A stretch of 36,610 nt of DNA from Octopus sinensis (lineage: Eukaryota), in NCBI RefSeq assembly GCF_006345805.1, contig NW_021831725.1, forward strand, positions 1-36,610. The letters are read 5' to 3'. Positions within the stretch are counted from its first letter, which is position 1. Every line of letters begins with the position of its first letter. The notes beneath the pieces were generated by a model. That model saw only the letters and a list, made by a program, of their open reading frames with translations, ran no database searches and was not told the DNA's origin. Shown here piece by piece: positions 14,079 through 24,903 of this stretch. The position numbers and the translations under genes were made by a program.

Positions 14079-14117
14079 CTGGAACACAAAAACAAAAAAA
14101 AAAAATTTTATAATATA

Positions 14118-14508
14118 CTAGCAGTATCGCCCGGCGTTGCTCGGTTTGTAAGGGAAATAACTATGAAGCATTTTTAGAGAGTTATAGCCAAAAAATGGCA
14201 AAAAAATGGGAAAAAAATTATGAATTTTTTTTTGAGAGTTAAAAAAGGTGGAGTTGCGTCCCCTAGACAGTCTGTGGTTTGTGTTTCTTCTGATTCTCGA
14301 CCCCATGTTCGAATTTATCGATTTTTTTTCAGAACTGGGGGAACTTTTCAAAATTTTCGCTATGTTAGTTTTGAATTATGACATTGGGCTATGTGTGTGT
14401 CAAGTTTCATCAGAATCGGTTGAAAGCCGTGGTCAGGGTGAGGGTACAACCTAACAGACACACAGAAACACACACAGACAGACAAACTGCCGTTTATATA
14501 GAGAGAGA
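14118..14508 (-). mobile_element. Non-autonomous Helitron (copy inside the tandem duplication)
   Basis: Near-identical to 12153-12542. Confidence 0.75.
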
Positions 14509-15256
14509 TGATTTCACAAGGGCAGCAATTTTTGTTTACAAAATAAATTTCAGTTGTTATACATCCTTTTGGGGTCAATAAATTAGTGCCAATTGGACAG
14601 TGTGGTTGATGCTGGTGTGTTTACGTCCCCGTCACTTAGCAGTTCGGCAAAAGACACCGATAGAATAAGTACTGGGCTTACAAGAATAAGTCCCAGGGTT
14701 GATTTGCTCGACTAAAGGTGGTGCTCCAGCATGGCCGCAGTCAAATGACTGAAACAACTAAAAGAGTATATGTGTGTGTGTGTGCTTGTGTGTCTTCGTT
14801 TGTCCCCCTAGCATCGCTTGACAACTGATGCGGTGTGTTTACGTCCCCGTCACCTAGCGGTTCGGCAAAAGACACCGATAGAATAAGTACTGGGCTTACA
14901 AAGAATAAGTCCCGGGGTCGATTTGCTCGACTAAAGGTGGTGCTCCAGCATGGCCGCAGTCAAATGACTGAAACAAGTAAAAGAGTAAAGAGAGAGTAGA
15001 GGATGTGATGATGATGAACCTAGCACTTCGTCTTGTAAACAAATAAGGCCCAGACTCTTTAGAGTCGAGGAAGTTGTTGAAGACATTTATTCTTTGGCCA
15101 AAGACTTTACCCTTAGGCAGACAACGAGAGTGATTTGGACAATCAAACTGGTAAAAGAGATGAAGAAAATAGTTATCTGGGTGGACAATTTTGAGTCACC
15201 AATTTGTAACGGCAGACGTTCATGAATTTGTATGGTTGAAATTAACTTGTAAACAA

Positions 15257-15552
15257 CTAGCAGCATCGCCTGGCGTTGCTCGGGTTTGTAAGGGAAATAA
15301 CTATACAAGCATTTTTAGAGAGTTACTTCCCTTATATAAACCGAGCAAAAAATGCGAAAAAAATTATCGTAAATTTTTTATTTAAATCGTAGACTCATCG
15401 TAGACGTGCGCTAATACCCAGAAGGGCTCGATATGAATCACGACTATAAGATACCCACTTTTGGTTAAACTGCACCGCAAAATGTGGGAGTAGTTAGGAA
15501 TCTAAATCGGAGGAGACAGACTCTCACACAACTTCAGTTTTATATATAAAGA
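15257..15552 (-). mobile_element. Non-autonomous Helitron, second subfamily
   Basis: Same 3' hairpin + CTAG end; 5' TCTTTATATATAAAA; different internal sequence. Confidence 0.7.
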
Positions 15553-15563
15553 TAATATAAAAA

Positions 15564-16621
15564 TGTCGGAGTCTTTATCAGTTTGAAAGGACTGGTTCTT
15601 CATTGGTTGCCATTATGTAAAGATAAAAGAACAGTGATTGAAGTTGTGAAGAAAATATTTATTTACCACGAGCAGTATCGCCCGGCGTTGCTCGGGTTTG
15701 TAAGGGAAATAACTATATAAGCATTTTTAGAGAGCTATAGCCAAAAAATAGCAAAAAAATGCATTAAAAATGAAAAAAAAATGATGGTAAATTTTTTTTT
15801 AAATCGTTGACTCATCGTAGACATTTTTAGAGAGTTACTTCCCTTATATATGCCATAAATGCATTAAAATGGAAAAAAATGATGGTAAATTTTTTTTTTA
15901 AATCGTAGACTCATCGTAGATGCGCACTAATACCCAGAAGGGCTCGATATGAATCACGACTATAAGATACCCGGTTTTGGTTAAACTGCACTGCAAAATG
16001 TGGGAGTAGTTAGGAATCTAAATTGGAGGAGACAGACACTCACACAACTACAGTTTTATATATAAAGATATAGCTGAATATACCTTGCCTCGCTGGGCAG
16101 GTGATAAAATCCTAGAGCATGCGAAGTAAAGTTAGATGTAGATTTTCCTTGTATAGTTTATGATCTCGTGTAGTAGTAATTATAGATGGAGATAGAATGA
16201 TGTTGTAAGAGAACAGGCTTAGAGCTACTGAAAAATGTAGGGTCGTGGGAAGTTGTCTCATAGCTGCTGACAGTAAACTTCATTTCTCCCTTTGACCACT
16301 GGCTTTAGTAACTGTCTGCTTGTGACCATAATTCTAGCGTTCCGCTCCCTAACTGATGGTAGCTGTCTCTGACTCAAGTTGTCACTCACTAACTAAATGA
16401 TTGAGTTGTCATGAACTGACTAATTGATTTTTGCTTGGGGTTCTTGCTTTTATAACTATCCAGAAGGATAGACATATCATTGAAAACAATGGTTTTCGTA
16501 GGTGGTCTATGATATCTTTATTCTAGCTTTTGGTGAAGTAGAAGAGGTTAGAAGGGTCAAGTAGTGAAGACATTATTTCGGCCTATCTAAGGCATCTGGA
16601 AAATGTAAAACTGCTGTCACA
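15564..16621 (-). mobile_element. Possible solo LTR interrupted by a Helitron
   Basis: TGT...ACA termini. On the minus strand, TATAAAAG at ~16454-16447 and AATAAA ~100 nt before the 3' end. Flanks taaaaa/gaaaaa could be an imperfect TSD. Confidence 0.35.
15669..16068 (-). mobile_element. Non-autonomous Helitron, second subfamily (with internal duplication)
   Basis: Homologous to 15257-15552. 3' end mutated to CTCG; internal ~100-bp direct repeat. Confidence 0.7.
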
Positions 16622-16682
16622 GAAAAAACCATTGCAAGTTTCATTGTCCTGAGGTCGCCCTTCAGTATTTCATCCCATACTC

Positions 16683-17088
16683 TCTCTTTACTCTTTTACT
16701 CTTTTACTTGTTTCAGTCATTTGACTGCGGCCATGCTGGAGCACCGCCTTTAATCGAGCAACTCGACCCCGGGACTTATTCTTTTGTAAGCCCAGTACTT
16801 ATTCTATCGGTCTCTTTTGCCGAACCGCTAAGTGACGGGGACATAAACACTCCAGCATCGGTTGTCAAGCAATGCTAGGGGAAGAAACACACACACACAC
16901 ACACTTATATATATATACATATATACGACAGGCTTCTTTCAGTTTCCGTCTACCAAATCCACTCACAAGGCATTGGTCGACCCGGGGCTATAGCAGAAGA
17001 CACTTGCACAAGATGCCACGCAGTGGGACTGAACCCGGAACCATGTGGTTGGTTAGCAAGCTACTTACCACACAGCCACTCCTGCGCC
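16683..17088 (-). mobile_element. Dominant SINE, full-length
   Basis: Reverse complement of the 6617-7005 family. Confidence 0.9.
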
Positions 17089-17376
17089 TATAGCCACCCA
17101 TGTCTTCCTGGGTCACGTGTTTCTTTATGAAGTTGTCTACATCCATCTGCATTTCTATGGAGCTGGTTTATTTATTCACATTGTTTTGAATTAATCATGC
17201 ATAGCTTTGAGATTTCAGTGATGTGATATTTTTAGAATGACATTGCGGGGTAGGTGTGAAAGGCAGGACCTGGCTGGTTTAAACATAAAGTAGGTAAAAT
17301 ATTTTGGCCAGATACCTCCAGTTTAAATGCTGAAGGAATATGCATGTATATAAAGCAATAAAATATATATATATAC

Positions 17377-17765
17377 AGGAGTGGTTGTGTGGTAAGTAGC
17401 TTGCTAACCAACCACATGGTTCCGGGTTCAGTCCCACTGCGTGGCATCTTGAGCAAGTGTCTTCTGCTATAGCCCCAGGCCGACCAATGCCTTGTGAGTG
17501 GATTTGGTAGACGGAAACTGAAAGAAGCCTGTCGTATATATGTATATATATATATGTGTGTGTGTGTGTCTGTGTTTGTCCCCATAGCATTGCTTGACAA
17601 CCAATGCTGGTGTGTTTACATCCCCGTCACTTAGCGGTTCGGCAAAAGACACCGATAGAATAAGTACTGGGCTTACAAAGAATAAGTCCCGGGGTCGATT
17701 TGCTCGACTAAAGGCGATGCTCCAGCATGGCCGCAGTCAAATGACTGAAACAAGTAAAAGAGTAA

Positions 17766-17767
<2 letters not shown>
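17377..17767 (+). mobile_element. Dominant SINE, full-length
   Basis: Family consensus; inverted relative to 16683-17088. Confidence 0.9.
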
Positions 17768-17802
<35 letters not shown>

Positions 17803-17862
17803 AAATCGTCTTCATCATCATCATTTAACGTTGTCTATTGTACATGCTGATATACATACGTA

Positions 17863-17915
<53 letters not shown>

Positions 17916-18051
17916 CATACACACATACATACATACAGTCCACATACAGTGGAGGTCAGTCCACTTTACTAAAGAACTGTTCAAGATGGTGCCCCAGCAT
18001 GGCCACAGTCTAATGACTGAAACAAGTGAAGAACAAAACATAAAAAAATAC

Positions 18052-18345
18052 CTGATAGCCATCGAAAAGACCGGTTGAGCTTCCAAGACCGACGGCCAGT
18101 GTTGGCTGACTTCCTCCGGAGACTTCCATGGAGGTGATGGGTGTCCCATACATATTGTGGACTTCTGTAGAATTTTCAGAGTCTGCTACAAGAGTGATGT
18201 TATTGTCCACATTAACCGTCCTACTGCTGTATCTGTGGCTGGGAGGTGGTGCATAGATTTTAACTACGTGTTTTGTGGCTACGGCCATTCTGCAGTCAAA
18301 GGCACACGAGGTTTCGGTGTTGGGTAAGAACTTCATTGTTGAGAC
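18052..18345 (-). CDS. FBXW8: FBXW8-like gene, coding exon 8 (WD40 region)
   Basis: VSTMKFLPNT...LAVGLGSSTGLFDGYQ, in ORF 18010..18363. accag acceptor, CAG|GTATTT donor, 294 nt, phase 0/0. Confidence 0.85.
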
Positions 18346-18857
18346 CTGGTCAAAGAGATGCATTCATAAGAATGAAGAAATGGTGCAGAGAGAGAGAGAG
18401 AGAGAGAGTATTTCTTTATTCACCATAAGGTTGAGAAAAGAGGGGACAAAACAAACGTTGGGGTCAGGGTATCGAATGAGACGAAAAACATATGAATAAA
18501 CAACAATTAAAATATATACATTAAATGAGAATGAGTGATTAACAAAAAATGAAGCGGAGGACGCGGTTGACCCCACAAACCACAGACTCACACTGAAGAC
18601 TTTGCTTCTCCTTTTTTACATTCTCGATTAAACAGGTTCTTTCACTCGCAACATACTTGCTATAGACTTCCATCTTTTACGAAACAAGAGAGAGAGAGAG
18701 AGAGAGACAAACAGACAGACAGAAAGATGGAGAGAGAAAAGGCAGCGAACTGGCAGAAATGTTAGCTGGTAGTGACGCTGTATTTTGTTTACTGATTATA
18801 ACATACTATCAAGTATATTGATTTCAAATTTTGGCACAAGGTCAGCAAGTTCAGGGA

Positions 18858-19960
18858 AACCATCTGATTGTGGCCGTTGCCAGCGCCACCCTGACTGGCC
18901 TCCATACCGGTGGCACGTAAAAGCATCATCTGATTGTGGACGTTGCCAGCCCCGCCCCGACTGGCCCCCGTGCCGGTGGCACGTAAAAAGCACCATCCTA
19001 CTGTGGCCGTTGCCAGTTCTGCCCCGAACGGTGACATGTAAAAAGCTCCATCCGATCGTGGCCGTTGCCAGCCTCGCCTGGCCCCCGTGCCAGTGGCACG
19101 TAAAAAGCACCATCCAATCGTGGCCGTTGCCAGCCTCACCTGGCCACCGTGCCGGTGGCACGTAAAAAGCACCATCCGTCCGTGGCCATTTGCCAGCCCC
19201 GTCTGGCACCTGTGCGGGTGGCACATAAAAAGCACACACTACACTCATGGAGTTGTTGGCATTAGGAAGGGCATCCAGCCGTAGAAACATTGCCAGATCA
19301 GACTGGGCCTGGTGCAGCCTTCTGGCTTCCCAGACCCCAGTTGCACCGTCCAACCAATGCTAGCATGGAAAGCGGAAGCTAAATGATGATGATGATGATG
19401 ATGATGAAAATCAAAATCAAATTCGATGACTGGTGTTCGAGCTAGCAGGGTGCAAAGAGCACCATATGAGCGTGATCATTGACAGAGTGGCTAACCGGCT
19501 TCTGTGCCAGTGGAACTTAAAGGGCACCATTCGAGCGTGATCGTTACCAGCGTCGCCTTACTGGCACTTGTGCCTGTGCTAGTAGGGTGCCAAGAGCACC
19601 ATCCGAGCGTAATTGTTGCCAGAGCAGCCAACTGGCTTCCGTACCCGTGGCACGTAAAAGGGCACCATTTGAGTGTGATCGTTACCAATGTCGCCTTACT
19701 GGCACCTGTGCCGGTGGCATGTGTAAAAGGATTCGAGCGAGGTCATTGCCAGTACCGCCTGACTGGCCCCCGTGCAGGTGGCACTTTAAAAGCACCCACT
19801 ACACTCTCGGAGTGGTTGGCCTTAGGAAGGGCATCCAGCTGTAAAAACTCTGCCAGATCAGGTTGGAGCCTGGTGCAGCCATCTGGTTCGCCAGCCCTCA
19901 GTCAAAATCATCCAACCCGTGCTAGCATGGAAAGCGGACGTTAAACGATGATGATGATGA
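18858..19960 (+). mobile_element. Two tandem copies of a (GAT)n-tailed retroposon with internal ~55-60 bp gccggtggcacgtaaaaagcacc minisatellite units
   Basis: Shared 3' module ttggc.ttaggaagggcatccagc...gctagcatggaaagcgga..taaa.gatgatgat. Further copies at ~595-750, 21205-21492 and 26745-27238 (+), and 24905-25390 (-). Confidence 0.8.
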
Positions 19961-20298
19961 TTGACCCCAGTACTCAACTGGTACTTATCTTATCAACCCC
20001 GGAAGGACGAAAGGCAAAGTTGACCTCAGCAGAATTTGAACTCAGAATGTAAAGACAGATGAAATTCCACAAAGCATTTTGCATGGCACATTAATGACTC
20101 TGTTAGCTTGTCACCTTATATATGAAGTAGGATCTTTTCGGTTTGAATGGCAGTTTTTTCTAGCGGTGTCATATGGAATTGTCACCCATAATTATGACCC
20201 TAGAATCGATTTATTGCATTTCAATCTGTTTTAGGGTTAGGGTTAGGGGTGGGGGGGAAGGGTTTCTTTTTTTCTTCACAAATGTAAATAAAATGTAA

Positions 20299-20652
20299 AG
20301 GCACAGGAGTGGCTGTGTGGTAAGTAGCTTGCTAACCAACCCCATGGTTCAGGGTTCAGTCCCACTGCGTGGCATCTTGGGCAAGTGTCTTCTGCTATAG
20401 CCCCAGGCCGACCAATGCCTTGTGAGTGGATTTGGTAGACAGAAACTGAAAGAAGCCTGTCGTATATATGTATATAAGTGTATGTATGTGTGTTTGTGTG
20501 TCTGTGTTTGTCCCTCTAGCATTGCTTGACAAAAGAGACCGATAGAATAAGTACTGGGCTTACAAAGAATAAGTCCCGGGGTCGAGTTGCTTGACTAAAG
20601 ATGGTGCTCCAGCATGGCCGCAGTCAAATGACTGAAACAAGTAAAAGAGTAA
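20299..20652 (+). mobile_element. Dominant SINE, internally deleted, nested in an older TTAGGG-containing repeat (~20130-20740)
   Basis: Family consensus lacking ~45 bp at ~20530. Confidence 0.8.
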
Positions 20653-20784
20653 ACCCAATCTGTTTCTTAAACGAGGGACATATTCTTATGGCACAGAATG
20701 TTTTTTTTACCTCAATAGACGTCACTGATTGGTTGAAATGACAATGGACATTAAATGATGATGATGATTACTACATCCACCTAC

Positions 20785-21020
20785 CTTATTACCAAAGTCG
20801 ACTTTCATGAGGCGTTGAAACGTAGAATTCTCCCTGATGCTGCCATTTTCATCTCTGTCTCTCTTTTCCACTGCCTCAAAGATTACGTGCGGTCCAGTTG
20901 TCACGGCAACCAGTGTGTCTGAGTGAGTCTCTGTTAGAGATATGGCTGTGATGTTTGTCCCACAATGAACGGTGTGGCAAGGTTTCAAGTCACCATCGTT
21001 CCACCAGATGTCAACAAAAC
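20785..21020 (-). CDS. FBXW8: FBXW8-like gene, coding exon 7 (WD40 region)
   Basis: GFVDIWWNDGDLKPCHTV...MKVDFGNK, in ORF 20722..21027. ttgacag acceptor, AAG|GTAGGT donor, 236 nt, phase 1/0. Confidence 0.88.
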
Positions 21021-21675
21021 CTGTCAACAGAAAACATATACATTTTAATACTGGGAACTCCCTATGCCTTCAGCTCTTGGAGATATCTCATATTAGTAGA
21101 ATAGTAGTTTAACTGCTATTTCTAAATTTCAGTATGTGGTGAAGCAAACTTTGCTGAACCCTAATTATAATTATAGAATTTTTATACATTTTAATATATA
21201 TTCATATGTGGCTGTTGCCAGCCTCGCCTGACCCCCGTGCCTGTGGCACGTAAAAAGCACCATCTGATCGTGGCCGTTTGCCAGCCTCGTCTGGCACCTG
21301 TGCGGGTGGCACGTAAAAAGCACCCACTACACTCATGGAGTGGTTGGCGTTAGGAAGGGCATCCAGCCGTAGAAACATTGCCAGATCAGACTGGAGTCTG
21401 GTGCAGCCTTCTGGCTTCCCAGATCCCCGGTCGAACCGTCCAACCCATGCTAGCATGGAAAGCGGATGCTAAACGATGATGATGATGATGATATACACAC
21501 ATATATATACATACGACCTTCAAGGTGATGCTCCAACATGGCCACAGTCTAACTGATTGAAACAAGTAAAAGATAAAAGATATAGACACACATTCTGCCA
21601 ATAATGACCATCACCACTGCCACGACATCCACCACCACCATCAGCAGAACTGTTGCTGCTGCTACCACCACCAGT

Positions 21676-22540
21676 GGAGGCACATGGCCTAGTTGTTAGA
21701 GCAGCGGACTCGTGGTCGAGGGATCGCAGGTTCAAATCTCAGACCAGGCGATGTGTATGTTTATGAGCGAAACACCTAAACTCCGTGTGGCTCCGGCAGA
21801 AGGTAATGGCGAAACTTCTGCTGACTCTTTTGCCACAACTTTCTCTCACTCTTTCCTCCTGCATCTTGCAGCTCACCTGCGACGGACCGGCGTCCCGTCC
21901 AGGTGGGGAACCTATACGCCAAGGAAACCGGGATACCGGCCCTTATGAGCCAGGCATGGCTCGAGAAGGTACAAGAAAACTTTCTCTCACTCTTTCCTCC
22001 TGCATCTTGCAGCTCACCTGCGACGGACCGGCGTCCCGTCCAGGTGGGGAACCTATACGCCAAGGAAACCGGGATACCGGCCCTTATGAGCCAGGCATGG
22101 CTCGAGAAGGTACAAGAAAACTTTCTCTCACTCTTTCCTCCTGCATCTTGCAGCTCACCTGCGACGGACCGTCGTCCGTCCAGGTGGGGAACCTATACGC
22201 CAAGGAAACCGGGATACCGGCCCTTATGAGCCAGGCATGGCTCGAGAAGGTACAAGAAAACTTTCTCTCACTCTTTCCTCCTGCATCTTGCAGCTCACCT
22301 GCGACGGACCGGCGTCCCGTCCAGGTGGGGAACCTATACGCCAAGGAAACCAGGATACCGGCCCTTATGAGCCAGGCATGGCTCGAGAAGGTACAAGAAA
22401 ACTTTCTCTCACTCTTTCCTCCTGCATCTTGCAGCTCACCTGCGACGGACCGGCGTCCCGTCCAGGTGGGGAACCTATACGCCAAGGAAACCGGGATACC
22501 GGCCCTTATGAGCCAATCATGACTCGAGAAGGAACAAGCA
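21676..22540 (+). mobile_element. tRNA-derived SINE with its 3' 141 bp tandemly amplified five times
   Basis: A-box TGGCCTAGTTG and B-box GGTTCAAATC at ~21686-21740. Units start at 21838, 21979, 22120, 22260 and 22401. Confidence 0.85.
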
Positions 22541-22595
22541 AACACCACCACCACTACCACTAGTACTACTACCACCACCATTCCAAACAACTCAC

Positions 22596-22768
22596 CATGT
22601 TTAAAGACTGCCACAGTCAGTGTGTCCGTAGTGTCCACCAGAGTGATGTCGTTAGCCACTGTCCCCTCCTCACAAGTGTTGTCCAGCTGGAGTGACATGT
22701 CCGACGGTTGAAATACACAGACATCACCGTTGTCTAAATTGTGCAGCTTCACTTGACCATTGGTGTAT
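22596..22768 (-). CDS. FBXW8: FBXW8-like gene, coding exon 6 (WD40 region)
   Basis: YTNGQVKLHNLDNGDVCVFQPSD...TLTVAVFKH(G). ttccag acceptor, G|GTGAGT donor, 173 nt, phase 2/1. Confidence 0.88.
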
Positions 22769-22987
22769 CTGGAACAGATGGACAGAACATTAGGGGTCAC
22801 ATTAGTGATGTGTGAGTGTGTGTGTGTGTATGCATATATATATATATATATATATATCATATTAAATTAGAGATAAAACCACTATTAGGCAAATCATACA
22901 ATGAAAAACTTAAGCCAATACATAAGATTATTTAATTTATATTATTTAAATATATAAAAAATTATTAAAAAATATAATTAATTTAAC

Positions 22988-23052
22988 ACTACGATCGTTT
23001 CATGGCTGTTAATTTCTTTAAATTTTCGAGTTACAGTCATTCATCAGGTGGT
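22988..23052 (-). ncRNA. Minimal type I hammerhead ribozyme motif (Penelope-like element remnant)
   Basis: Minus strand reads ACCAC CUGAUGA AUGACUGU...ACAGCCAU GAAA CG AUC GUAGU. Core intact, stem II 7/8 pairs, stem I 4/5 pairs, AUC cleavage triplet. Lies in an AT-rich repeat remnant ~22860-23110. Confidence 0.6.
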
Positions 23053-23122
23053 TTAAATATTTAACTTAGCGAGGTTTAATCAATGAGTTCATTGATTAAG
23101 AAAACTGAAAGAGTCTGTCGTA

Positions 23123-23173
<51 letters not shown>

Positions 23174-23197
23174 CTATATTATATATATATATATATA

Positions 23198-23608
23198 GGC
23201 ATAGGAGTGGCTGTGTGGTAAGTAGCTTGCTTACCAACCACATGGTTCAGGTTTCAGTACCCACTGGTGGCACCTTGGGCAAGTGTCTTCTATTATAGCC
23301 TCGGGCCGACCAAAGCCTTGTGAGTGGATTTGGTAGACGGAAACTGAAAGAAGCCTGTCATATATAGGTATATATATGTATATATATGTGTGTGTTTGTC
23401 TGTCTGTGTTTGTCCCCCTAGCATTGCATGACAACCGATGCTGATGTGTTTATGTCCCCGTCACTTAGCGGATCGGCAAAAGAGACCGATAGAATAAGTA
23501 CTGGGCTTACAAAGAATAAGTCCCGGGGTCGAGTTACTCGATTAAAGGCGGTGCTCCAGCATGGCCGCAGTCAAATGACTGAAACAAGTAAAAGAGTAAA
23601 GAGAGAGT
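23198..23608 (+). mobile_element. Dominant SINE, full-length
   Basis: Family consensus. Confidence 0.9.
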
Positions 23609-23738
23609 CTGGGAATGTTTTGATACCATCTGGTATTCATAAATGTGCTTTTTTTCATAGATCTGCTGGTTCAAGGATTGGGCCAGGGTTAAACAAAAAG
23701 AAAAAGGGATTAAAAAAGCACCCTTTCACATTCCTTAC

Positions 23739-23827
23739 CCAGCTACAACCGTGTCTTTATGGAAAGATGCTGCAGAGAGGACACCTGCTTGGACGTAGAG
23801 CAATGATCTTACTCTACCGAGTCGCAC
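23739..23827 (-). CDS. FBXW8: FBXW8-like gene, coding exon 5
   Basis: VRLGRVRSLLYVQAGVLSAASFHKDTVVA(G). tttcag acceptor, GG|GTAAGG donor, 89 nt, phase 0/2. Joins the next exon to give VVAGYTNGQVKL (cf. FBXW8 VIAGYTSGDVRVW). Confidence 0.88.
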
Positions 23828-23950
23828 CTGAAATAGGGAAAGGTGACAATCCCTTAGCATTTAAACCAGACAAACAAGACATCCTTTTGTATCCTCCCTA
23901 AAAAAAAAACCCTTTTTGTTATTTTATTTTTTTTTCTACACAAAACCCCA

Positions 23951-24460
23951 GGCAATGTTTCGCTTGTCGTAGCACAAGTTTCCGTCGATTTCCGTAAAAA
24001 ACTTTTATTTTTTTACATAAGTAATGAGAGCGAAAGAGACTAAGAGGAAGCGATTTTATGACGAGGAAATTTCTCTTTGAAGTCCCCGTGTGTGTGTTTG
24101 ATGGGGTGTGGGAGACAGACAGTATGTTGTGTAAGTGAAGTGCTTCTGTTAGTGTGTGTGAAGAGAGAGAGTAATGTGTGAAAGAAAGAGTTAACTGAAA
24201 TTTTTTACTCGGTGTATGTGTATATGTATGTCTGCATGTATGTGTGTGTGTATGTATCTATGTATGTGTGTGTGTGTAGGTATGTGTGTGTGTATGTATC
24301 TATGTATGTGTGTGTGTGTATGTATGTGTGTGTGTATGTATGTATGTATGTATGTATGGCGGATTCAGTGTTTACATTTTTTACGGAAATCAACGGAGGA
24401 AATCGACAATCGACGGAGGAAATTGACGGAAACGTGTGCTACGACAAGCGAAACTTCGCC
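23951..24460. mobile_element. MITE with ~40-bp TIRs and 8-bp TSD (Merlin-like termini)
   Basis: Left ggcaatgtttcgcttgtcgtagcacaagtttccgtc, right gacggaaacgtgtgctacgacaagcgaaacttcgcc. Perfect TSD aaacccca at 23943-23950 and 24461-24468. Confidence 0.85.
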
Positions 24461-24507
24461 AAACCCCATTTTCAGCTACAGAGAATACAAATCATCATCA
24501 TCATAAT

Positions 24508-24903
24508 CTATTTCTTTACTACCCACAAGGGGCTAAACACAGAGAGGACAAACAAGGACAGACAAATGGATTAAGTCGATTATATCGACCCCAGTGCGTA
24601 ACTGGTACTTATTTAATCGACCCCGAAAGGATGAACGGCAAAGTCGACCTTGGCGGAATTTGAACTCAGACCGTAACGACAGACGAAATACCTATTTCTT
24701 TACTACCCACAAGGGGCTAAACACAGAGAGGACAAACAAGGACAGACAAATGGATTAAGTCGATTATATCAACCCCAGTGCGTAACTGGTACTTATTTAA
24801 TCGACCCCGAAAGGATGAAAGGCAAAGTCGACCGTGGCGGAATTTGAACTCAGACCGTAACGACAGACGAAATACCACTAAGCATTTCGCCGGCGTGCTA
24901 ACG
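24508..24903 (-). mobile_element. Second SINE family with a tandemly duplicated ~184-bp 3' part
   Basis: Minus strand has B-box GAGTTCAAATTCC and central ttcatcctttcggggtcgattaaataagtaccag. Related fragments at ~19962-20115, 25405-25510 and 31125-31270. Confidence 0.75.

Larger units (their letters stand above)
11000..14940. repeat. Tandem segmental duplication, 2 x ~1.97 kb (last exon, 3'UTR, Helitron, SINE halves)
   Basis: Near-identity at an offset of ~1966-1972 (e.g. exon starts 12112 and 14078). Boundaries approximate because they fall within SINE copies. Confidence 0.95.

Noticed and set aside
13725-14087. Separate WD40 paralogous gene (120-aa ORF)
   Set aside because: It begins at a splice acceptor without its own ATG or upstream exons; it is a duplicate of the last exon.
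21785-22563. ORFs with 47-aa repeats on both strands
   Set aside because: They arise because the SINE tandem unit is 141 bp (a multiple of 3). Only 22596-22768 of ORF 22084..22860 is a real exon.
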